The notes under the pieces were generated by a model. That model was not told the origin of the DNA. It searched no databases and saw only the letters and a list, made by a program, of their open reading frames with translations. Position numbers and translations under genes: made by a program. A stretch of DNA of 54,116 nt from Chromera velia (taxonomy: Eukaryota): assembly GCA_018398765.1 (NCBI GenBank), contig JAHBMJ010000205.1, positions 1 to 54,116 of the forward strand, written 5' to 3'. Positions 23,585 to 35,674 of the stretch are shown one piece after another. The number at the start of each line of letters is the position of its first letter. Positions within the stretch are counted from its first letter, which is position 1.

Positions 23585-26500
23585 AAAGCGAAAAAAATTT
23601 TAAGTGGCTTGTAGTGTCAGAGAGGTATCTCCAGGTAAGCCTTTCCCCTTTTTTCCCCTCCTTTTTTCTAGCCTTTCGTAAAGCCTTTCTTGAACGTTGT
23701 TGTATGCCAGTGGCGGCACACAGAGTCCCACCGACGTGACGTATGCACGATCGGGTATAAAGAGGCATGGGTGGTGCACACTGCCCCGCAGCAGACCTAT
23801 ATACGGACGCATATGGAGCACAGCGCGCCCACCATTCCGTCACGCAACGTTCCGGCACGCCTAAACAAATATTGATCGATGAGTGCTAGCCTGCTGCATC
23901 TTTGTTGTGAGCTCTGCCTAGTAAGCTAATCACAGATGCAACAAACAGACAGTATGTAGCTGTAGATTCCTGCTATGCAGGATGAGAGAATGCACTGCAA
24001 CCGGCGCTTATGGTGCAGTCCCTGGTCGGGCCTTATTTCCTTTCTATGACTTCATTCACCTTTCATCTCCTCTCTCTATTCATTGCTAGCTACTGCTTTG
24101 TCTCTGTAACGTGTCTCGCCCCGCTTTTTTGCATCGACTATATTATTAACTGTGATTGAGCCGATCCGCATGTGCGTCTTTCCGGTCCAAATTCTGGAGC
24201 CGTGATTGAAGTGAGCGCACGCGGTGTTGCATGGTGTTTAGCCATATGAATCAACAGTCGCGTTTCTGTTATACGAGGAAATTAAATCAAACTGACAGAC
24301 ACAGAGTGACCGAAGGAATAGCAACTAACGTTTAGCTTGACAGAGCTTCTTATCTGAATCTGTAAAGCATCCAGTAGACACGTTACAGTCTCTCCCTCCA
24401 TGTTCTGGCACTAGCCCTCCGTTGAGGAGCTGTCAGCATGGAGTGGAATACATCACGTTGTTTTTCATCTTTCTGACCAGGCAAACTAAAAATTTAATGC
24501 ATGCAGAAGACATATAAAAAGTAGCTAAACTAGCAGCTAAAGAGACAGAAAACTAAGCATTGAAGCAAACAAATTGTCAACAGAGGCAGAGACGTGGTAG
24601 TGGCTAGCAAGTGGAAGGAGAAGATCTTCTAAGGATGTGGAGACAGAGACAGGAAGCGAATGATGGAAATGAAATGAACGATTTAGGTCTGGTAAGCTAG
24701 TCTGCTAGGGATAAGACCTTGAGCACCGGCTGCAATGTCACCTTGCGTCCTGCTCTGCATTATTATATAATAGTGGAACCCCAAACTTTGAAAATAGAAA
24801 TACCTATAGACCTTAAGTACTAAAAGGTCTAGACTTTGAGTCTAGCTTCGAGTAATACCCGATCGAACAAATGAAGCCATATGAAGCTCTAGTCTGAGCT
24901 AGTATAGAATTCATGCAGTGAGCAAGGCCAAGCTAAAGTCTTTCAAGTCATACTAAGATCAAGTCTTTTGAGTAAAGGTCCTTCGAGCCTGGCCCATGCA
25001 GAGATAAAATCATGCTAAGCCAACGCCCGGGCCGAGCCAGCTAGCCAGCCACGGCCTGTATTCTAGGGGGCAGCATTTCAGGATGGTTACTAAAAATATT
25101 AAGTAGTTTTAACACCCCCCTCTATGTATATCATTAAGCTAGCACCTTAAAAGTGTTACTAATCGATTGTTTAGCTTAAGTTACTTCTAAAAATATCTCA
25201 ACAAGCTTGAAACACTTTATGGTTCTTAAACAATTACATGATTTTGATGTGTTGCTTCAACATTTGATAAAAAGGCCTCTAACCGAGTAACCCGTAACCA
25301 TTTTTGACCTCTAATAAAAAGTGAGTAACCATCCACTATAGGGTCTTTAAACATGTTTTAAACAAGTTTTAAACACTTTTTAGGATGAACTTTAAATGAT
25401 AGTTACTCTAACTAAGTAACTCATAATATCACGAAGCGACATATATTTAACCCCCATAACCTATAATAAAACGAATAACCCCTACCAAAATTTTATGTTT
25501 TTTCAAAGTAACTCGTCAAACCACACCTGAAAAATGTTTGGTTACTAAAAAATCTAACAAAATTTTTACTTTTTTTTGTCATATCAGCTTGAAAATCTAG
25601 TATACACACCAGAAGTGCTGCTCCCTAGCCTGTATCACACTGAAACACACCGAAGTTGGACTGCTGCATGCGCAAAAGACTTTTTGAAAGACTCAAAAGC
25701 AACACAAAGTCCTTCAATCAACAAATCAAGATCAAGAAATCCAAGTAACACTTCTGGCAAGATCAGATCGACAATTCTGCACTTTTTGGAAATCAATTCC
25801 CTTTGAGAAAATCAACCTGTAAAGACTGCCAAACAGTATTAGATACAGCATTCAGTGTTAGACTCTGACGCTACATGGGACTTGCGTCCTGTCTCTACTT
25901 AGGACTGGGTCTTTTATAGATCTCTTTAGATTCTGGCTGCCTTCTGACGAATAGGGTCAGAGCAGTACAGAACAGCATGAACCTTTGTCCTCATATCGTC
26001 TGCATGAATCTATATCTTAATCTGTTGGCATTCATCAGTTAAGATCGTTCATTTGGTAGACATGTACATACATAGAGGAAAAAACGTTTTATCAATCTGT
26101 TGGAATTTTAAATGTGGTCCGACAAAACGGTATACGCTTTATATGACTACGTTCCAGGCACGTGGGGACCGTGCCTCGGTCTGCCCAGCCGCCACCGCTT
26201 GCACTTTTGGCTCCAGGACCAGCCTTGCTGAAAGCGCATCTGTGTGTCATATAAACTAAAACATAATACATTATAAACGTATTGATCTTAATTCAAGTTG
26301 ACCTAGTATCAAATTAATATAGCCTTATATATTGCTATAAATGGCTTTTCTAAATTTGTGCCAAAGGTGGCAAAGGTGGGCCGGGCTTTAATAACAATTT
26401 CAATTAATTAAATCACGTTCAAGTTACACACATGGTAACACACGGTTTAACTGGTTAAAATTGGGTTTAAAATATTCATTTTTTTTATTAAGTTGTAATA

Positions 26501-27023
26501 TTAACCTAGTAATTAATAGAGCTTTTTATATCATAGTTGAACGCTAGACTAAATACTAGATTGAACGTGATGATGATGATAATATAAATCCTAGACTCAT
26601 ACATTGCATGATGGCCTATAGACCGATTAATAATAATAATAATAATGATCATGATGATGATGATTGAGGGTCAAAAGTGAACCTCAGCGGCCTTTTTTAG
26701 ATAAATCTTTTTTTAGTCCTATAACTTCAAACAATCGGATCAAATTTAATTCATATCATATAATTGAGATGATGAATGATCTATTTCAATATGCTAAATT
26801 GCTAATCAATCATGCGCAAGCACGCTCTGCTAAAAGTGGAAGAATTTGAGAAAAAATGTAGTTGTTAAGTTAATTGATAAATATTGCTAGGGATAGCTAT
26901 TGTATCGTATCGGTATCGAATCGGTATTGTATCGGAATTTAAAGTTCCCAAAAAAGGGGGTATTGTCAATAATTTCGATACTCACATAAAATTTTTAGCG
27001 TCACAACACGGCGGCGGATCATA

Positions 27024-28192
27024 CAGATGTGTATGGACCAATTAGAACCCGCCGCCAGACCTTAACCGGCTCAAAAATTTCGAGGGGAAAAGGAACAGCC
27101 CTCTGTTCCCTTTTCCCTCCTGGACTCAAAGCAACGACCCTAGGAGACATTAGTTCGCTTTTTTAGACTCTTTCTAGCTGCTTGGTATAGAAAAAATGAC
27201 TCCCAGACTCACAGGGAGTCCAAAAAACGGACGTCTGAGGTCTAATACCTAAAGAGGCCAAAGTGGCCTTCGTGGACTCAGAAGTTCAGAAAGGGCTATA
27301 GTACATCAATGATGATAAAATGCATTCCAACATGCTCCATCTGGTCCAAGTAAGTTAGTTCCAACAGGGGATAAGGAATGGTTGATGCACTGTGGACTTT
27401 AACTGACAAGTCTGCTCATGAACAGAAAGATACACTCCAGATGGCGCCCTATGTCAAATTGCTAGAAGGGCTTTTTCCTTCTTAAGCACTTCAAACCTGC
27501 AGCCATCGCACAAAGGTACTGCCCAACACTCATATGCTCCTGTCTGGAGGGAAAGAGCAGGACAGAACCACTTAGAGGGGAAGCTGGAGGTCGATTAATA
27601 CCCCTGAGACGCCAATTCTCCACAACAGGAAGACAAAACAATCTTGCCTTCCCACAACCCGCAGACTCACCAGAAACCTATCCAGCTGGCCTGGGAGGAT
27701 GACAACAGATACAAGGCATTGGGCAAAATTGCTAGGGATCGATTCTACGGCCTCCTGGTAGAAAAAAGGAATGTTGCTTTGGAGGCCTGGGAGGTACTTT
27801 CCTGACTGGTCCAGACTGGAGCTGCCAGACACGCCAAAGCAGATCAACTACGCCACAAGACTTCACGTACCTCGACATAGAGGCAAGCTGTCTAGTACTA
27901 GGGGAGCAGAATTATGCCAGTTTGACCATCGGTACTGCTTTATACAATAAGGTAGACAGGAAGGGACGAGAGGACGAAATGACCCTTCTCTGTGTGTTGG
28001 TGTGCTTTTTGAGCATTCTGAGCACAATTTCGGGATTTTGAGAGTGGCCCCAGAAAGTTTTGGCCCAAATTCTTGCACCAACGCACTCAACGGCCTTTGA
28101 GGACCAATTTGGTGCCTTTTTGGGCCCTGGGCGCGGACCGGCTTAACCGGCTCAAAAATTTCAGACCCTTCTAATTAGTCTATGCACATCTG
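27024..28192. mobile_element. Tc1/mariner-like non-autonomous element nested in the hAT-like element
   Basis: ~24-bp TIR cagatgtgtatggaccaattagaa / ttctaattagtctatgcacatctg flanked by TA on both sides; subterminal direct repeat cttaaccggctcaaaaatttc at 27061 and 28142; no intact ORF. Confidence 0.8.
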
Positions 28193-28320
28193 TATAACCA
28201 CCTTGAAGTTCTGCGTTGCGGTACGAGGCTAAAATCCAGTGTAAACAGTATCATTCGTAAAACTGTAAACTTTTTGTAAAAATTTCATGTTTTTAAAGAG
28301 TTAACTTTACTTAGAAAATG

Positions 28321-28621
28321 TGTAATCAGCCACTTATAGAGAGGAGGCGGGCGTGCACTGGTTGGCCCGACTTGGCCAGTCCCGTACTGTTGCGTTGCCT
28401 ATCGGTGCGGTGGGGCTTGAGACATTACGGAGACGGAGAAAATGCATGCGTCAATCCATGTTGTGAAGTTGCTTAGTGAAACACTCAGGGTGATTCGATG
28501 GAACAACTCTCGATCGATGAGAGCAGAAGCCGAACAAACATCTTGCATTATTATTCCTGTATAGAGCACCGTATAAGTGACTAGACTGATGTCCTTGACT
28601 GGACCATTCTAGTTCTCTTTA
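28321..28621 (+). repeat. 5' LTR of copia copy 2
   Basis: TGTAATC...CTCTTTA followed by the PBS. Confidence 0.95.
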
Positions 28622-31088
28622 TGGTAGCAGTTGGTTCTTTCCTCTTTCTCCTCAAGGTCTGTTGGTCTGTATCAGAGTGTAGCTTTCCCTCTCTGATGGA
28701 TGGAGACCAACCTCGAGGGGCCGATGGCCGTTTTATCTCTAAAAGCCCTTCTGATCAAAGCCCCAGCCCCTCTGACTTGGACTTGTTAACCGCCAATGTC
28801 AACAAATTGGCGCAGTTGTTTCTTTTTCAGTCCACTTCTGTTCCGTCTCCGACTCCCACCCCCACCACTGACACGGGGAAATTTGCCCCATGGAAGTGCG
28901 AGCTCCCCTTCAAGCACACTCACGGGGGTAGAGTCACGATTGTCAAGGCGTTTGAAGACTACTGCAAATTGCAGCCTGCGAGTGTGCCGTCAGACATCCG
29001 TGCAGCAGCATTCCGCCAAGGTTTGTAAAAGTACCTTGAGCTCTACGATCTTGTCTCAAATCTCTCCCCCCCCGAGTCTGATGATGTCGAACACTGCAAG
29101 AATGTTATCTTATAGTTATCGGGGGAAACCGAACACAAGCGAATGTTCATAAACTTCTGCTCCCTTTTTACTCTGTCCACTTCCAACTCTCCTAACGTTG
29201 AGAAGTATATCAGGACGGTGAAGGCAGCCTGCCAAGAAATTTTCCGTCTCTCGTTGTAGGAAGAGATTATCCCTGTGTGGTCCAGGGTGGGGGACAAAAC
29301 CGATCTTAGCACTTGGAGGGTGGAGAAGAAGCTCGTTCCCCTCCTTGACCCCCTCACCCACCATCAGGGGCAGCTCGCTTCCCTGGTTCTCATTAACAGC
29401 ATTTCCGACAGCACTGTGCGTGCGAATATTGAGAGCAGCATCGCCCCCCAATGCATATGCCTTTTGACAGACATGATGGTGCAGTAGTCAAATTCCGCCA
29501 CTTTGCCCAGCCCTCTTGTTTTTCCCGTCTCCCTGCCAATCCGTCCATTCCCGCACAAACACACGGCGTGCAGCTAACGGGTCGCTCTTCTAGTGGCCAC
29601 CCTCGGCCCTGTGCGAGTGGGCCATCTCGAAAGCGCCCTCACTATGAGCACAAGACCCACCGTCCCGAAGATACTCAGTGCCTGAAACAGCACTACTGCA
29701 GCGATTGTGATCACTGGGGATACAAAACTGGTGATTGTAACCTCGCCCATGACCATTTTGCCCTTTTGAGGGCCTACGGCTACAGCAGAGGGGGGGGCAG
29801 GTCCGGCGGGAATGGGGGTGGGCAGAGAAAGAGGGGGAGACAGTCTACGAGATCAGGGAAGGGGCGTGCTCATCAGCAGGGAGGGGCCCTAACTGGCGAA
29901 ACGAATGAGTCAGAGGCATCGGATACAGATTTGGAGGCCTCCCCTGCAGCTGCCGCTGTAGGGTATTTATCACAGTCAGCTTTTTCTCTTCCTGTTTCTT
30001 CTGGTTTCTCTTTTGACGGTTTTGTATGTTTGCTTAATCTGGGTGCAAGTGGCACTATGTGCACTCGTAGCTGGCTGAACAAGCATGCTGAAGAGTCAGG
30101 GTTGCAATGGACTGAGACTGATTTGCCGACACCTCTTTCCGTTGTTACTGCTTGTCGAACAAAAGTGAGGATGCGGCGCCGTGCCACCATTCCTTGCAAA
30201 CTAAATAGGCAGCCTGCTGTATTGAAACCGTCCATCATGGAAACAGAAGCAGTCACCCTCCTACTCATCGGCAATCAGCGTCTCATCAAACTAGGCGTGC
30301 GATTTGACTATCGGACTGGATCCTTGGCACTCCCCTCTACCGTTATCAATTTTCTTCGTGCAGCAAATGATCTATTTTTTCTGCTTCTGGAGATAGACGG
30401 GACTTCCCCGCCCGAGTCCCCACCCGCTTTGAATTCCCCTTCTATGTCTCCAGCGGCTGTTGCGGTGGACCCTGCATCGCCTGTGTCCTCTCCGTTGTCT
30501 CCTTCTCCGGTTGTCCTCGCAAATGGGCACCTCCCTGCTCGTTTGAAGGCAGCCAAACAGAAGAAGCAGCGCCAAGGAAATCGCACCCAGTCTCATGTTG
30601 TGAAAACCTATTCGGGAGAATCCGCTGTCTCTCCCCCCGTTTCATCATCTTATGATAGTTCTCCAGCCTCCGATCAGCCTCCTTCTCAGCAACCAAAATC
30701 TTCTTTCTCATAGGACCCCCCCCCCCATCTCCATCAAAGCCACTGTTGATGAACTCATCCGCGCACATCACGAATGGTTAGGACACGCAGGCATCGAGGC
30801 CACTTGGCGTTCCCTCCATGCGTCACTTTCTGACCTTCTTCCCGGTCGCAGTAGCATTTCCTGCCGTGCTGTTCAACGCGCCCTGCTCCCATACATCCAA
30901 GGGGGTACGTGTGCGCATGTGAAGCCCAGGCATGGGGGAGACGGCACCCGGGGGTCTTTAAAGGTCGATCGCTCCGGGCAGCAAGTATGTCATAACCTTG
31001 TGATGGGGTTGAAAGGGGGGTATTCATTGCATATCCAAGACTAGCATGATGACTGGCTCGCTCAAGAGGTAGTCAAAACAAAAGATTC

Positions 31089-32850
31089 CGCATCTCGGCA
31101 CCCTGGCGGGCACTTTGTCTACACTTTTTCCAATGGGACCACTGTTTCAGAAAAAATCCAGATTTTTGGTGGGCCCACCCCGGTGTGGCATGCCGGAACC
31201 AATGGGTGTTTCTGAGTCCGTTTGGATCCAAACTAAGATTTTTTGGTCGCTGGGACCATACCTTTCATAACCCGGTCGGGGCAGGCCTGAAAGCTAGCCT
31301 GAAAGGGTCGCTCGGAGGCCTATTGTGCGCCGCCACATATGTCTGGGGTGTCTTCATTACAAACGAGCCTGGTGGGATCTGCAGAAGCGATCAGACAGAA
31401 CAAATGGCATGAAATTGTGACCAAAGGGTGTGCTAAAGAGCATACAAACACACAAGCACGCATCTATTCAGGTGGCGGCACGCCATGGTTCTGTATGCAT
31501 CAATTGTGCGCCGCCACATAAAGCTGAGATACGAATTCTACTTAAAACAAGTCCTCAATGATCTCTAGAAGCGATCAAACACAGCAAACGGCATAAAACA
31601 GCAACTAAAGGGTATGGCGAGGTGCAGATAAACACACAGACACGCATCTACTTAGGTGGTGCCGCATCATGCATTTTCGTTTCACCGGAGTAGGGCGCCT
31701 GGCTCAAGTCACCCAGCCATATGCACTAAAGCTACTCCATCACTGTAATTCAGAGTCAGAACCGAAGAAAAAGCATTCTGATATTGGACATCCGGCCAGG
31801 GGCTGAATGCGCCTGGACTGCAGACTTTGACTTCCCCTTCCCCTTCCCTGCTTGCCTGCCCCTTCCTTCCCCCGTCGGCTGTTCCTCTCTTCTTCTCTTT
31901 GCGGATTCTGTCAGATTCTTGGTTCCCTTCACCCGCCCTCCTCTTCCTCCATCTTCTCGAACCAGCAAGAGGGCCTCCAGATTCCCTCGCTCTTCCTGCT
32001 GCTGCCTTCTCTGAGCTCCCTCCACTGCCGCTTGCCTTTGAGGGCGCGACCTCGAGGGCGCCCCAGGTGGAAGGTCGCCTGCATCTTTGGAGCCTGAGTG
32101 AGCCATCCTTCCTCCTCCACAGCAGAGACCAGCAAACAAGCGCTAGCTACTCGTCTAAGAAAAAATAGCGCTGGCTCAACACAGATAGAACAGAGAAGCT
32201 GAATGGATCGACAAAAACGTAAGCAGGGATTCTACAAAGGTCAGACCTATGCAGACTGAGAGTGTACAAAGGTCCTGACTATGCACAAAAGTCCCGTCTA
32301 CAGCCCATCTGCCAGCCAACACACAAGCAGGGTAGATCAAAGAGTTGAAGTTAGTCCTACAAGCCGTACAGATGCTTTGCTACTCCTCCAAAGACCTCTC
32401 AGATGGTCAGAAGTTTGGCTACTCTCACATATATTCATGCATGCATCAAAAATTCGCACTTTTGGAGTCGAAAAGTGCAATTTAAGACAAAAAAAGACCG
32501 GACTGGGGCTCAAACCTGGGACTCTTACTTGTTGGGGTCCTTGAGCTGCGCACTGCGACGCGCTCATGCACAAATCCACCATAATTAAACGGGACCGCCG
32601 CCTACATACAGCTCAACACCGTATGTGGCGGCGCACAATACGCCCCCAAAAGGCTCTTATGGGCTTAGCCCGACCGGGTCATGAAAGGTATGGGCCCAGC
32701 GACCAAGAAATCTTAGTTTGGGTCCAAACGGACTCAGAAACACCTATTGGTTCCGGCATGCTACGCCGGGGTGGGCCCACTAAAAATCTGGATTTTTTTT
32801 CAATACACCAAAAAGTGTAGACAAAGTGCCCGCCAGGGTGCCGGGATGCG
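31089..32850. mobile_element. Non-autonomous TIR DNA transposon with 2-bp TSD (possibly CACTA/Mirage/Chapaev-type), inserted in the copia integrase
   Basis: The empty site in copy 1 is gattctgcc; here it reads gattc|element|tctgcc (TC duplicated). 41-bp terminal IR cgcatc(t/c)cggcaccctggcgggcactttgtctacacttttt; a further ~130-bp subterminal IR; repeated gtgcgccgccacata motifs; internal ~185-bp tandem duplication at 31321-31680. Confidence 0.9.
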
Positions 32851-34235
32851 TCTGCCACAATCCGTGCCGCCTATGATTGTTGGTTCCACAGTCTGGAGGG
32901 TGATCTCACCCCTGAGGTGATGACCAATCATGGGCTCGAATTTCAAGGTGATTGGTGTGAGTGGTTGGCTGAGCGGGAAGCCATAAACCCCTTGACCCCT
33001 GTAGGCAGCCACCACTCTCTCGGCAAAACAGAATGTTCCCATCATGAGTGGCTCACGATTTTGCGGGGTATTCTCAGAGATCGAGGTCTTGATGATTCGC
33101 ATTGGAAGAAGTTTGCTTCCGTTACCACAGCTAAATACAATCGTCAGCCTCGAGGGTCTACTTACAAGAGCCCATTCGAGCGACACTGGGGTGCCCAGCC
33201 ACCCAGTCCTCCCATCGACGCCCTACGTGACCTCCTTCAGACCTCCCGTCACCCCTCTACCGAGACGTCCCTATTCTTCATTGGCTCGTCCGTCCTCTAC
33301 CATCACCCTGACCATCTCCGCGCCAAGCTTGCACCCCTCTACACTTCTGTGACTGTTCTGCAGCGTATAAGTGAGCATGTGTTCCGACTGCATCTTCTTT
33401 CTGGACGGCGCGTCCTGTCGTATCGCAGGTGTATCTATCCCAATGACAGCCCCCACCCAGACCCTGTCTATGTCGTTTCGTTACCATCAGACTCCCCTTC
33501 CGAGCGCCCGGACACATCCGTTGGGTCTCCTCACCAGGCGCAGCAACAGCAACCGCAACAGTCTTTAAACATACAGTGTCCGTCTGACCAGCCGCCCTCT
33601 CCGAAGTTTGATATCACTGATTTTAGTAAAGATGAGCTCATTCTTTGGCGGGATGAGAACACAGGCCGCTGTTTCCTTGGTAGCATCCGTGCTGTCGACC
33701 CTGAAGGTGGGGGACGGGTTGAGGTTCAGGCATAGGGATCAAACGGCAAGCAGCCTCTTGCAAGCCGACGCATGTAGCCTGCATGGTGCCCTCTCAGGGG
33801 CTGCCCCAAACTTTTGTACGGTGTGCAAAAACCTTTTGGATGTGGGCCCGAGCTTTGCTTTCTGGTCCCAGAAGAAGTTGTTGAGCGAAACATTGTCCTC
33901 TCTGCCGAGGGAACTCTCCCTTCCCACCTCTGTGACACTTACCGAAGTGTTCTCCTTGTAAGCCCAGAAACAGTGTTCCCCACCGATCGGTTGTCTTTCG
34001 ATTCCCTTGCCTCCTCAGCAGCCACGGCTGCCATCTTCCCTCCTCCCTCCTACCCGACTCCAGTTGCAGGTGCGTCTGTTATGTATTTGTGGAACGAGGA
34101 CACTGAGGTGGGGCTCAGTGCGTTCCAAGCTGCCACAACTCATATTTCTCTCCCATGTCGGGGGCTTATAGTAGAACAGCTCGACGGGCAAACCAAGTCC
34201 CGTGCCGCAGAGTTGCAGTCACTCGCTAACAATGA

Positions 34236-35674
34236 CTAGGGTATGACACTCTACGGACGATCCCTAACTACATGTGTAGTTGCTACAACTTTTTTGATAA
34301 AAAAATAAAACTTTAACCCAATTTACAAACTTTAAAATTTTAAAGCAAAAAAACCCTAAAAAATCACTAATTAGAGTATAGGTCTAAGGTTCAAGTAAGT
34401 TTTAAGTAGTTATAGTTAGTTCTGAGGTCGGTGTTACTTCCGGTTCTGGTCATTGGTTTATGAACCGAATGAACAGAGACAAGAACTATTAGAACTTTTC
34501 TAAACCAAAAGGAACCCAATCAAAACCGTGAGAACCGGGCTTGAACCATCTAAACCAAGCTCTCAACTGATGATTTAGCTCTCCATGAGGGGAGGCAGGT
34601 CCAAGGGAAGGCGGGTGGCCAAGCACCTCACTGATCTCTCGCATGGCCCTTGACTTGATCTTGTCAAGGTTCGCCCTGTAGTACTTGCCATAGATATTTT
34701 CAAACTTGGTCCATCGACCTTGAGTCCAACGCGAGAGCTCTGCGCAGTTGTGGGCACCTTCAAGGATAAAAAGAATGATGAATGCGACGGATAGACCGTC
34801 AAAAATGGGAGTCTTCCCCAAAGGCACAGTCGCTCCACTTTTTTCAGCCTCAAAGAATTTGTTGGCCAGCGACGCCAACTCTTCGTCCATGAAAAAGCTT
34901 ACGACTTTATCTCTCTTGAAGCATGCTGTGCCCTATGGAGCTGAATACAGCATCGGTATTGGTGATGTCGTTGTATGTAAGTGAGAGGGGAGAGACAGAA
35001 ATGAATGGTACATTTCAAAAGTTAGTGACCTAGTTGACCTAAGTGACAAACATCCTGTTACGAAAAAAGGGAGGAGTATTGGGTTGTCTCGAATTGCACA
35101 CATTGTCGAAAACAAGCATCTATCTGCCCGTGTGATTTCATATGAATCGACTGCCGTTTCAGCAAATGAAAATTCCAATGCTGTTGTTTTTTCTCCTTTG
35201 ACAATGCGCCGTTCATGTATGCCTCAATTAGACGATATTCCGATCAGTGGCATTTTTTTGGGGGTTCATGAGGCCGTTGTGGTTGAAGATGGTCTGAGAG
35301 TTGAGACTGAAGAGCTTGCATGTCTTGAAACAGCCTTTCAAGAGTCAGAAGAGCAGTCTAACGACAGCTAAATGCATAGAAAGTGCACAGAGAAAGTTGG
35401 TTCTTGTCGGTTCCAGCCAGTTCAAGTGAGTTCTGTTTTGAGTTCCTGAACCACCCTTCTAGACATTTTGGAACTTTACTTAGCACCTAGCAGTTTTCTT
35501 GCCAGAACTGAAAAAATATACAAGCTAGTGACTTTATTTATGTTGTAATATGGTTTTTTTTGGCTCAGAACAACAAAAAACATACTTTTAGAGTGTAGGT
35601 TTTTATTTAAAACCCTAAGGGGGGGATGTTATAGTTAATTTTTATTTTTTTAATTTTTTAGTGTCATACCCTAG
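34236..35674. mobile_element. TIR DNA transposon with 8-bp TSD (hAT/P-like, non-autonomous), inserted at the start of the copia RT
   Basis: 15-bp perfect TIR ctagggtatgacact / agtgtcataccctag; TSD aacaatga (34228-34235) / gacaatga (35675-35682); absent from copy 1. Confidence 0.92.
34489..34890 (-). CDS. Unknown ORF (133 aa or more, possibly the last exon) carried inside the 8-bp-TSD element
   Basis: Open frame with globular-looking composition (...RWTQGRWTKFENIYGKYYRANLDKIK...AWFRWFKPG...) between AT-rich arms; no family recognised. Confidence 0.4.
   Translation of the reverse strand: MDEELASLANKFFEAEKSGATVPLGKTPIFDGLSVAFIILFILEGAHNCAELSRWTQGRWTKFENIYGKYYRANLDKIKSRAMREISEVLGHPPSLGPASPHGELNHQLRAWFRWFKPGSHGFDWVPFGLEKF

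Noticed and set aside
25074..25555. AT-rich MITE bounded by ttcagg..ggtt / aacc..cctgaa with gtaac repeats
   Set aside because: The IR is short and imperfect and has no matching TSD.
28621..28695. Signal-peptide-like N-terminus MVAVGSFLFLL on copia Gag
   Set aside because: This ATG is formed by the last LTR base plus the PBS; the Gag start is more plausibly MDGDQ at 28696 (22696 in copy 1).
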